NCBI GenBank assembly: GCA_965237525.1
Contig: CBDEFO010000008.1
Location: 1,056,001-1,120,000, forward strand
Length of the DNA stretch: 64,000 nucleotides
From: Candidatus Latescibacterota bacterium
GTDB lineage: Bacteria; Latescibacterota; CBDEFO01
Direction of reading: 5' to 3'
Part shown: piece by piece, positions 40,138 through 48,889 of the stretch
Layout: each line of letters opens with the position of its first letter
Position numbering within the stretch: position 1 is the stretch's first letter
Made by a program: the position numbers and the translations under genes
The notes under the pieces: model-generated
Seen by the model: only the letters and a program-made list of their open reading frames with translations
Database searches by the model: none
Told to the model about the DNA's origin: nothing

Positions 40138-41589
40138 ATGGAGTATGAGGCAAATATAGGCTTAGAGGTTCATGTTCAGCTTTCTACTGGGAGCAAGATA
40201 TTCTGCGGCTGCAGCACAGCGTTCGGCGCTGAGCCCAACTCTCATGGCTGTCCTGTGTGTCTGGGCATGCCGGGGGTACTGCCGGTTTTGAACAGGAAAG
40301 TTGTGGAGTACGCTCTGAAGTTAGCTGTAGCTTTAGGCTGCCAGATCCAGCCGAGGAGCAGGTTCCTCAGGAAAAGCTACTTTTATCCGGATCTTCCCAA
40401 AAACTATCAGATATCTCAGTATCAGTCTCAAAGCGAGATGCCCTTTGCGATTGGTGGTCACATAGATATTGAGATTAACGGGAAGTCCAAAGTGATAAGG
40501 TTGGTCAGAATACACATGGAGGAGGACGCGGGGAAATTAGTACACGATGAGGAGTATGTGTCGGAGGGCTCTTCCTTTTTTGACGTGAACCGATGCGGTG
40601 TTCCCTTAATCGAGATTGTGAGCTATCCAGATATGGCTTTTCCACAGGAGGCTTACGTCTATCTTGCGAGACTAAAGCAGGTACTTGAGTATCTGGATAT
40701 ATCTGATTGCAATATGGAGGAGGGCAATATAAGGATAGATACCAATATCTCACTGCGTCCCAAGGGGTCGGCCGAACTGGGCACGAAGACTGAAATCAAG
40801 AACATGAATTCGTTCAGGAATCTGCAGAGGGCTTTAGAGGCTGAGACACTGAGGCAGACCGAAATACTCAGGCAGAACGATAAGGTGATGCACCAGACTC
40901 TGTTGTGGGATGCCCCAAGGGGCGTTACCGTCCCTATGAGGAGCAAGGAATTTTCGGAGGATTACAGATATTTCCCAGAGCCCGATTTGGTGCCTGTAGA
41001 GGTAAGTAAGGAGTGGGTCGACCAGATAAGAGAAGAAATCCCCGAACTTCCCTTAGAGAGAATGGACAGATTCACAGGCCAGTATGGCATAAGGGACTAC
41101 GATGCGGAGGTTTTAACGTCTACGCCGGAGTTGGGGGACTATTATGAGTCTGTGGTAAAAACCGGAGCTGATCCAAAAAAGACGAGCAATTGGGTTATGG
41201 GAGATGTCCTGAAGGTCTTGAACGAGAGGAAGATAAAGGCGGATGAATTTAACGTAAAGCCCGAGCGTCTATCTGAACTGATCAAAATGGTGGAGATCGG
41301 GACTATAAATTTAAAGATCGCAAAGGCTGTGTTCGAGGAAATGGCGGAGAGTGGAAAAGGGCCTGAGGAGATTGTGAAACGGAAAGGTTTAACACAGATT
41401 ACGGATGATTCCCAAATAGGGCGAATTATAGATAAGGTAATCGCTGCGAACGATAGTGAGGTTCAGCGATACCGGGAAGGCCAGACCAAGCTGCTAGCGT
41501 TCTTTATCGGACAGGTAATGAGGGAGACAAAAGGAAAAGCTGACCCTCAGCTTGTGAATCAGTTTTTGAGGCAGAAGTTAGAAGAATGA
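40138..41589 (+). CDS. gatB: Asp-tRNA(Asn)/Glu-tRNA(Gln) amidotransferase subunit B
   Basis: IGLEVHVQL, YFYPDLPKNYQISQ, HMEEDAGK, EIKNMNS, DYRYFPEPD. Confidence 0.97.
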   Translation: MEYEANIGLEVHVQLSTGSKIFCGCSTAFGAEPNSHGCPVCLGMPGVLPVLNRKVVEYALKLAVALGCQIQPRSRFLRKSYFYPDLPKNYQISQYQSQSEMPFAIGGHIDIEINGKSKVIRLVRIHMEEDAGKLVHDEEYVSEGSSFFDVNRCGVPLIEIVSYPDMAFPQEAYVYLARLKQVLEYLDISDCNMEEGNIRIDTNISLRPKGSAELGTKTEIKNMNSFRNLQRALEAETLRQTEILRQNDKVMHQTLLWDAPRGVTVPMRSKEFSEDYRYFPEPDLVPVEVSKEWVDQIREEIPELPLERMDRFTGQYGIRDYDAEVLTSTPELGDYYESVVKTGADPKKTSNWVMGDVLKVLNERKIKADEFNVKPERLSELIKMVEIGTINLKIAKAVFEEMAESGKGPEEIVKRKGLTQITDDSQIGRIIDKVIAANDSEVQRYREGQTKLLAFFIGQVMRETKGKADPQLVNQFLRQKLEE

Positions 41590-41626
41590 ACGGGTAGCTA
41601 TGTGTTCCTGAACAGAGGAGATCCCT

Positions 41627-42697
41627 ATGAATATGAAGAGGTTAGTGGAGATTCTGAAGCACAACATAAAAGAAAGTAGACAGCAAACAGTAGACAGCAT
41701 ACAGGGATGGGGAGCAATGTCCTATCTCTCCCGATTGAGTCTATCGGGGATCCGGGCTACTACCTACTGTCTACTGCTTTTCGGCATAGCCCTGTCCATC
41801 TCTGCGCTACTTGCAAGGGGAGTTTGGGCACAGGAGGTAAACGACAAGGTCGGAACCACAGGATTCAACTTTCTGAAGATAGACAACTCTGCGCGGTCGG
41901 CGGCGTTTGGAAGCGCCTTTACGGCTGTGGCTGAGGACATAAACTCTATAGTGTGGAATCCCGGGGCTATGGCTACAATAGAAAACGGGATGGCTACGGC
42001 CTCGTTTACGAATTATCTGGTGGACACTCAGTCGGGCTTTGTGGGCCTGGCATTTCCTCTCGAGAACAGGGCCACGTTCGGAATAGGGATAAGTTATATA
42101 TCGTATGGGACGTTGGACAAGACGGATGAGAATGGGAGCGTGATAGGAGATTTCGGAGCGGGTGATCTGGCGGCTCGCCTTTCTTATTCAAGATTCACCA
42201 CCGACAAGGTATCTGTTGGAGGTAATTTGAAGTTTATCTTTTCAAGAATAGATGAGTTTTCGTCGGACGCTTACGCCCTGGATCTGGGTATATTCATAAG
42301 GCCCCGCGAAAGGACGACTTTAGGGGCTTCGATTCTAAATCTGGGCTTCGTCAGGAGCGGATTTTCCGAAGATTTCAAGGATAGTCTGCCTGTAAACTTG
42401 AAGATAGGTATCACCCACAAGCCTGAACATCTTCCACTGATGATCGTTATAGACTTAAATCTACCTAACGATAACGACCCTTACTTTTCCATAGGCGGCG
42501 AGTTTGAAATTTCACAGAACTTTATTATACGTCCGGGATACAGCTCTGTCTCGAACGGCCTGGAAACAAGCGAAGGAGCTGGAATATCAGTCGGAGCAGG
42601 CTTTCTGGTGGACAGGTATAGATTCGATTACGCCTTCAGTTCGTTTGCGGACTTGGGAGAAGTTCACAGGTTCTCTCTGACAGGAGAATTTAAATAG
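41627..42697 (+). CDS. PorV/PorQ-family (UPF0164-like) outer-membrane beta-barrel; exact start uncertain
   Basis: GTTGFNFLKI..SARSAAFG.A..AV..D.NSIVWNPG; C-terminal FDYAF..LGEVHRFSL. Confidence 0.8.
   Translation: MNMKRLVEILKHNIKESRQQTVDSIQGWGAMSYLSRLSLSGIRATTYCLLLFGIALSISALLARGVWAQEVNDKVGTTGFNFLKIDNSARSAAFGSAFTAVAEDINSIVWNPGAMATIENGMATASFTNYLVDTQSGFVGLAFPLENRATFGIGISYISYGTLDKTDENGSVIGDFGAGDLAARLSYSRFTTDKVSVGGNLKFIFSRIDEFSSDAYALDLGIFIRPRERTTLGASILNLGFVRSGFSEDFKDSLPVNLKIGITHKPEHLPLMIVIDLNLPNDNDPYFSIGGEFEISQNFIIRPGYSSVSNGLETSEGAGISVGAGFLVDRYRFDYAFSSFADLGEVHRFSLTGEFK
41675..41778. repeat. Heptamer-rich dispersed repeat; inverted homologue at 59941-60060
   Basis: AGTAGACAGCAAACAGTAGACAGCATACAGG nearly matches the reverse complement of about 60026-60057; CAGGGATGGG..CCT.TCT..CTACTACCT.CTGTC is shared with 59942-59982. 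Confidence 0.65.
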
Positions 42698-42711
42698 GTA
42701 AAGAGTAGCCG

Positions 42712-42766
42712 CCGATCCCCCCCGATAGGTTCAATCGGGGGTAGACTCAATCGGGGATTCAATCGG
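42712..42766. repeat. Triply nested hairpin repeat
   Basis: CCGAT[CC[CCCCCGATAGGTTCAATCGGGGG]TAGACTCAATCGGGG]ATTCAATCGG. Confidence 0.75.
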
Positions 42767-42921
42767 AGTTAGACCGGGTTCCTCTTCCCTTCTCCGTACG
42801 TTGTCTACTATTCAGCCATTACGAATGGAATAACCGTCACAACAGGACTGGCCCAGTAAGCTTTCTTATGGCAAGGCTTCAAAATAGGGTTTTGCCAACG
42901 TTTCTTTATGGAGGACAAACT

Positions 42922-43653
42922 GTGGAGTGGTTCAAGACTTTCTTCGGCGAAGATTACCTAAAATTCGATGTGCACGATGATACACGCGGGGAAGTAGATT
43001 TCTTGGAGGCCAAGTTAGATCTTCCCGCATCGGCCAGGATACTTGATCTTTGCTGCGGCTACGGGCGGCACTCGGTGGAACTGGCAAAGAGGGGCTACAA
43101 CGTAACGGGATACGATCTTTCCCCTATTTTGCTCAAAGTAGCAAGGAGAAGGTCCAGAACTGAGCGTGTAGATATTGATCTGATATGTTCTGATATAAGG
43201 AACTTATGGTTTGAGGAAAAGTTCGACGGTATAATAAGTATGTTCACTTCTTTCGGGTATTTTGAAGATGAGTCAGTAGATCTTGACATCTTGAAGCTGA
43301 TGGGCAGGGCCTTAACCCCCGATGGAAAATTGCTGTTAGAGGCGGCCAATAGGGACTTCGTTGTCAAACATTTCTATCCTGTGGAATGGTTCAAGTACGG
43401 CAAGATGGTCGTATTGGAGAGGAGATCGTTCGATATAGTAACAGGGATGTCTAATGTCGAGGTGACAGTTGTGGAGGGAAACCGAGAGAGAAAATATCAG
43501 CATTCTGTCAGGCTCTATTGCTTCACGGAGCTTCAGATGTTGATGAATTCAGCAGGGTTCAGGACTACAGATGTCTGGGGCGACTTTAAGGAAGGTGAAT
43601 ATTCGTGGGATTCTTTGAGTATGATCATTCGTGCAAACAAGGTGCAGGACTAA
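42922..43653 (+). CDS. Class I SAM-dependent methyltransferase
   Basis: ILDLCCGYGRH, VTGYDLS, MFTSFGYF; the GTG at 42922 follows GGAGG (ORF track start is 42868). Confidence 0.9.
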   Translation: MEWFKTFFGEDYLKFDVHDDTRGEVDFLEAKLDLPASARILDLCCGYGRHSVELAKRGYNVTGYDLSPILLKVARRRSRTERVDIDLICSDIRNLWFEEKFDGIISMFTSFGYFEDESVDLDILKLMGRALTPDGKLLLEAANRDFVVKHFYPVEWFKYGKMVVLERRSFDIVTGMSNVEVTVVEGNRERKYQHSVRLYCFTELQMLMNSAGFRTTDVWGDFKEGEYSWDSLSMIIRANKVQD

Positions 43654-43855
43654 ATCTTCCAGATAACAGTGTCTAGCGCTATCGAGTCAGAGGAAGGAGT
43701 CTCGCGAGCTTACTCATCTACAACGAATAGCTAACCACGGGAGGTCCTCCAGAGCCCTTGAACGGAGGTTCTGCGCGCACCAGCTGAGTTCAATATAGCT
43801 TTCGCCTATCCGCCCCCAGCAGCTTTGCGATAGCCGAAGGGAAGGTGACATCTAA

Positions 43856-44104
43856 CCCGATTAATTCATAAACTTGGCGGAGTCATTGCGAGGAGCAAAG
43901 CGGTCCCCGATTGAGTCTATCGGGGAAGCAATCTCAAGGTTTTATAGTGGTCTCCTATGAGAGCCGGAGAGTATTACATCTACCACAGAATCGAGATTGC
44001 TTCGCCTTCGGCTCGCAATGACACCGAAGGTGGTTAAACGGCATAACTATAGTATAATACAATCCCTTAATTAATACACGACCTTTTTTTGTGAATTATT
44101 CGGG
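43856..44104 (+). mobile_element. MITE copy 3 (249 bp)
   Basis: CCCGATTAATTCA...TGAATTATTCGGG with CTAA on both sides; hairpin at 43905-43925. Confidence 0.9.
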
Positions 44105-44166
44105 CTAATACTGACAGGTCTGTTTCTTCCGATCTTTAGACTCCTTATGCTCAAGCGGAGAAACAG

Positions 44167-45150
44167 ATGAATTTGTTTAAACTTGGAACATTTTTGGAGG
44201 TCTTTACGCCTTCGATGGTGACTATCTTAGGCGTAATTGTTTATGTCCGGCGTGGGCTGGGGTGGTCGGAAGCGCGGGACCCTGCCGACTCTGACAATCG
44301 TGTGTCTATCCAACGGCATCACTCTGATTTCAGCCCTGTCGCTATCGGTCGTGGCGATCTATCGGTCGTGGTGACGAGCGTGTAGGGTTACTGGGGAGCC
44401 TAATATATCATTTTCCGTAGCCTAATGCGTAGAGATCAGCGGAGCAATCGGTATTCCGCTCTTCCTGTCGTAGGTGCCGTCGGTGACGCTCTACGCCTTC
44501 GGGTTTGCTGAGTCGCTCCAGATCGTGTGCCCAGGAGTACCCATCCAGGTTGTGCCTGCAGTAACGATCGCCGCGCTGACACCGATCTCCACCAAGGGAG
44601 CCAAAATAGCCCTGAAACTACACATATCTACTATGAGGGCCATAGGGCTATCACTCCCATTCTTGGTGGCGGGTTCAAGCGTTCAAGGTAAGACTCACCT
44701 CTTCTGGAGGGTATTTACAGTCTTCCTTCGGGAGGTTCCGGAGATTACGGCTGGCGTGGCCCTGTTCGGAGGACTGAAGCATCCGCAACGATCCGTTCCC
44801 TTTGACACTATTGCTGCTATCACAATCTGTGTCATCGTCTATCCTCCTGCGCCAATCGTCCTGGCGTTCAGCGCGCATATGGATGTTCTCTGACTGACGG
44901 CCTAATTTGGGATGCGCGGCACGCCTTGTTCCAGTTCTGATCTTTCCCGGGCTCTGGACAGCTATCTTTTCCTCATGCAGTGGGAAGAATCTCGGGAGGC
45001 CTAAGTGGTCTTTTTTGGGCCTGGTGCAGCCGGATCCCGCAGAAGAGGTGGCCTTTGTTGAACAGCTTCGAGAGATAGCTAAAGGCTTTTCAAACGTGGT
45101 ATTAGTCAGGAAGTACGGTTGGTTTGTTGGGAATTGGTGTAAGGATCAAG
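44167..45150 (+). pseudogene. Heavily degraded amino-acid permease / cation-chloride cotransporter-like gene with an internal deletion
   Basis: KLGTFLEVFTPSMVTILGVI, ISGAIGIPLFLS*, SVTLYAFGFAESL, FWRVFTVF..ITAGVALFGGLKHP, PGLWTAIFSS, then a jump to a C-terminal-like FLGL..EQLREIA..VVLVR; multiple stops and frameshifts. Confidence 0.7.
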
Positions 45151-45388
45151 ACGTTCTTACCAAGGTTCATACGCGATATAAATCACCGGGTCTGCCAGCA
45201 AGTTTTCTGCCGCTACGTGTATGTGGCCAGAAAAAGAAAAGGCTTGACTATATTGTGGAGATATATTTATATTGAAGATGGGCAATAGATTCCGTGCGAG
45301 GTTATGCAAAGCTCGGTTTTGAGACATAGAAAGAGCAAGAACTTTTCTTCTGCAGCTTGAATATGAGGCTATGTTTTCGCTTTGAAAC

Positions 45389-46060
45389 ATGAGGTCTATC
45401 GGAGGGACAAAAGGTTGTACAATAGCTCTACTGATCGGTATGGCGGCTTTATGGGAGGACTCACAGGGCGCTTTTGGATTACGATAATCTCATTGCCGCT
45501 GTAGCCGAAAGCAGGATCGAAAAGACTGTCTATACTACACCGATGACTGGCACGCGTACTCTTCTCTATCTATCTGTGGTAACCACTTCATGGTTGACAA
45601 AGACAAAGGACAACCCAAAGGTAGAAACCATCTAACCCGATTAATTCAGAAACTTGGTGGAGTCATTGCGAGGAGCAAAGCGGTCCCCGATTGAGTCTAT
45701 CGGGGAAGCAATCTCAAGGTTTTATAGTGGTCTCCTATGAGAGTCGGAGAGTATTACATCTACAACAGTAACCCCCGATTAAATCTATCGGGGGGATTGC
45801 TTCGCCTTCGGCTCGCAATGACACCGAAGGTGGTTAAACGGCATAACTATAATATAATACAATCCCTTAGTTAATACACGACCTTTTTTTGTGAATTATT
45901 CGGGGTAAATGGAATCAAAGGTTCTTGGTCATATCCCAAATGCTTCCATTGCCTTATTGAGATGTCCACGCAATATTTCTATTTCTGCATCAAAGAGACA
46001 GAATAGCAATTCAACAACCAGGATCAGGACCTAGTAGATACCCAGACAGCTTATGAATCA
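45389..46060 (+). pseudogene. IS1595-family transposase relic interrupted by MITE copy 4
   Basis: LYYTDDWHAYSSL..GNH..KGQPKGRNH|MITE|NGIKGSWSY..YFYFCIKETE*QFN matches the IS1595 motifs YTD.W.AY, HINGIEGFWS and YLxEFxxRFN. Confidence 0.75.
45636..45904 (+). mobile_element. MITE copy 4 (269 bp, two hairpin insertions)
   Basis: Same ends as the other copies; CTAA/GTAA flanks; hairpins at 45685-45705 and 45772-45794. Confidence 0.9.
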
Positions 46061-46114
46061 ACACTTTCAAGGTGTATCATGTTGTGGCATGAGCATATTC
46101 TAAATAGTTGATAC

Positions 46115-47143
46115 ATGAAACCTAAAACTTACTCAGAATGGTACAAATTCGGCTGGAAGGGCATAACCTTCGACGTTCCGAAAGATTGGAACCTTGGAAG
46201 CGTTACTTCTGATCCTAACAGGAAGAAAGATTCCGGCTATTTGAGACTCGATGACTCCCAGATAGCAAGGGTGGAGGTGGAGTGGAGACCGTCTCAGGAG
46301 GGGATCTCCATTTCACGTTTGGTGTCAAGATACCTCGAGAATCTGGAGAAAAAGGCAAATAAGGTTAGGGCCACTTTCAAAGTCAATAGAAAGGTGGGTC
46401 TGGTAAAGTTCAAGGATGCAGACTTTGATTACGAATGTTTTATCTGGGAGGCAGATTACCGAGCTTACAATTTGGCCATAAAATGCAAAGCATGTGGAAA
46501 GGTCGTGGTTTTGAGGGTACTTTCGCGCTTAGATGATAATGTAGAAAAGGTCGCAGCCAAAATCTTATATTCTTTAGAGGATCACTCAAAAGGAGGACGC
46601 AATTTCTGGGGCATCTATGATCTTGCCTGCCGGGTTCCTGATGACCTGATGTTAGAAGAATATTCCCTGAAATCCGGTCACATCCAATTGGCGTTTGAAA
46701 GGGGAAAAAATTCTTTCAGCGTAGACTGTATAAGCTTAGCTAACATCCTGTTGAAGGGAATCAGCACAATAGAGTGGCATAGCGACTTTTTCAAGAAGAA
46801 GTTGAGAGACCTAAACTGTTCATACAAGGAGATTCAACTTCAGGGACATCCAGGAATTGAGATTTTGGGTGTGCCCAAAAACAGGTGGAAAAGGCTTTTC
46901 AAGCCTCTGCCCTGGGTGGAAAGGAAACCACGCCTATTTTTGAAGGGAAAGACCTGGTACTGTGAGGACTCCAATAAGATATTTGTGGTGCACAACTTCA
47001 CCAGAAACGAGGAAGATTCAAAAGTAGAGGTGATAGAGGTTGGCTGTCATAAGAAGGAAGAGGCGCATCAGCCGGGAGGCGATGCTGTCGTCAAGACCGA
47101 TCAGGAACGACCTGCTGGGGTGGGCAAGGGACTCCCAGGATAA
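46115..47143 (+). CDS. Hypothetical protein with two similar halves, each ending in Cys-containing motifs (CKACG, WYCEDS..GCH)
   Basis: Long ORF (342 aa) overlapping the downstream PqqD-like gene. Confidence 0.7.
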   Translation: MKPKTYSEWYKFGWKGITFDVPKDWNLGSVTSDPNRKKDSGYLRLDDSQIARVEVEWRPSQEGISISRLVSRYLENLEKKANKVRATFKVNRKVGLVKFKDADFDYECFIWEADYRAYNLAIKCKACGKVVVLRVLSRLDDNVEKVAAKILYSLEDHSKGGRNFWGIYDLACRVPDDLMLEEYSLKSGHIQLAFERGKNSFSVDCISLANILLKGISTIEWHSDFFKKKLRDLNCSYKEIQLQGHPGIEILGVPKNRWKRLFKPLPWVERKPRLFLKGKTWYCEDSNKIFVVHNFTRNEEDSKVEVIEVGCHKKEEAHQPGGDAVVKTDQERPAGVGKGLPG

Positions 47144-47432
47144 TATTGTAGTTACCATCCCCAGACAAAAGGGATGGCAAGCGCGCCTGTTGTCCCTGAT
47201 CTTTCACATTCCCAAGGAGAAGAAGATTGAATTAGATGAGATAGGTTCCCGGGTGTGGGAAATGTCCGACGGGCAGAACACTGTAGAAGACATAATCGAA
47301 GGACTAGGACAAAACTACAAGCTCAACAGGAAAGAATCTGAGGTATCTCTTCTTGCTTATCTCAAGACATTGGGCAAGAAGGGATTAGTGGGATTTATGG
47401 TGGATAAACCGAAGGATAGAAGGGCAACATAA
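47040..47432 (+). CDS. PqqD-family (RRE-like winged-helix) protein
   Basis: IELDEIGSRVWEMSDGQNTVEDII..L...YKL...E.E.SL..YL..L.KKGLV. Confidence 0.8.
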   Translation: MAVIRRKRRISREAMLSSRPIRNDLLGWARDSQDNIVVTIPRQKGWQARLLSLIFHIPKEKKIELDEIGSRVWEMSDGQNTVEDIIEGLGQNYKLNRKESEVSLLAYLKTLGKKGLVGFMVDKPKDRRAT

Positions 47433-47589
47433 AGATCATCTTTTAAGCACAACTATATTGTGTCTATGGCTTCCAGCCTTATTGAACGCTCAAGCGAAGA
47501 TCATCAAAGACGATCTGAAGGAGATAGAGGCGAGCGTAAAGGAGTATAGGACCTGCGCATGGGAAGTGTTGGAGACAGGAGGTAGGCAA

Positions 47590-48057
47590 ATGGTGAAGAT
47601 GGAGGTATGTAAGATAGACTTCGACTCCAAGGGAGAAAAGTTTTGGGTTTTGTTGAGCGATGAGACGAGGAAAACTGGACTCCGCATAAGCATAGGTCAG
47701 GACGCGGCAAGCGCTATCTACTCCCAGCTCAAGGGACAACTTCCTTTCAGACCTCTAACTCACGACCTTCTAAAGCTCATCCTGGATGGTGTCGACGCCG
47801 GGATATCAAAGATTCTGGTGAGCGATCTTAAGGATGGAACTTACTACGCACGGATAACCTTAGAGCATAACGGTACATCCAAAGAGATAGATTCACGCCC
47901 GAGCGACGCTATTGCATTGGCACTGAGGATGGAGGCTCCAATCTACGTATCTGAGGAGGTCCTACAGGAAGCGGGGCAGGACAGCGCTGAATTTGGAATC
48001 GCACCTGATGATGAGCCGTTAGGATCTAGTTATGTTCAGGAGGGAACGGAGGAATAA
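47590..48057 (+). CDS. Bifunctional nuclease (DUF151) family protein, copy 1
   Basis: ISIG..AA.AI, RPLTHDL, GTYYARI, IDSRPSDAIALALR; AGGAGG RBS before the ATG at 47590. Confidence 0.88.
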   Translation: MVKMEVCKIDFDSKGEKFWVLLSDETRKTGLRISIGQDAASAIYSQLKGQLPFRPLTHDLLKLILDGVDAGISKILVSDLKDGTYYARITLEHNGTSKEIDSRPSDAIALALRMEAPIYVSEEVLQEAGQDSAEFGIAPDDEPLGSSYVQEGTEE

Positions 48058-48220
48058 AGAGGACATGTGAAGGAGAATATCGGTTTTTGGGGAGAAAAAA
48101 AGTGGGAAACGATCCTGTGTGATAGTTTGGGCGTCTAAATTGTAGTAGCGTTGCTTTTTGCGTGAGGACAGGCCAAGGGGTGATTTCGCACCCTGTGCGG
48201 TTAGAGACAGGAGGTAGGCA

Positions 48221-48868
48221 ATGGTAAAAATGGAGGTATTTAATATAAGCTTCAATTCGATGAGCAGAAGTTTTTTGGTCTTGCTGAGCGATGAGACAAG
48301 GGAAAGGGTGCTTCCCATAAGCATAGGTCAGCCTGAAGCGATCGCTATCTACTCTCATCTCAAGGGACAGCTTCCTGCCAGACCCATAACTCACGACCTT
48401 CTAAAGCTCATTCTGGATAGCTTTGGCGCTGATGTTTCAAAGATTCTGGTGAGCGATCTTAGGGGTGGAACTTACTACGCACGGATAACCTTGGAGCACA
48501 ACGGGGCATCCACGGAGATAGATTCACGCCCGAGCGACGCTATTGCATTGGCACTGAGGATGGAGGCTCCAATCTACGTATCTGAGGAGGTCCTACAGGA
48601 GGCGGGGCAGGACAGCGCTGAATTTGGAATTGGACCTGATAATGAACCTTTAGGACCCGGTGATATTGAGGAGGAATTTGGAGCTGAAACAGTAGATGCC
48701 TTCTTAGAACAGGCATCCTCTGCACAGCCCGACACAGATCATGATGATGACATCTCAGCCTTGAGAGCCAAACTCAAGGAAGCCGTAGCCTATGAGGAAT
48801 ACGAAGAAGCAGCCAAGATCAGAGATCAGATTACTCAGCTGACAAAGGAACGGGGGAATTCCTCCTGA
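48221..48868 (+). CDS. Bifunctional nuclease (DUF151) family protein with a C-terminal UVR domain, copy 2
   Basis: LPISIG..EA.AI, RPITHDL, IDSRPSDAIALA; LKEAVAYEEYEEAAKIRDQI (UVR). Confidence 0.92.
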   Translation: MVKMEVFNISFNSMSRSFLVLLSDETRERVLPISIGQPEAIAIYSHLKGQLPARPITHDLLKLILDSFGADVSKILVSDLRGGTYYARITLEHNGASTEIDSRPSDAIALALRMEAPIYVSEEVLQEAGQDSAEFGIGPDNEPLGPGDIEEEFGAETVDAFLEQASSAQPDTDHDDDISALRAKLKEAVAYEEYEEAAKIRDQITQLTKERGNSS

Positions 48869-48889
48869 TCTCTTGCCCTTCGGCGGCGG

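Noticed and set aside
43660..43850. Possible structured ncRNA in the gap after the methyltransferase
   Set aside because: No recognisable tRNA, riboswitch or other RNA family signature.
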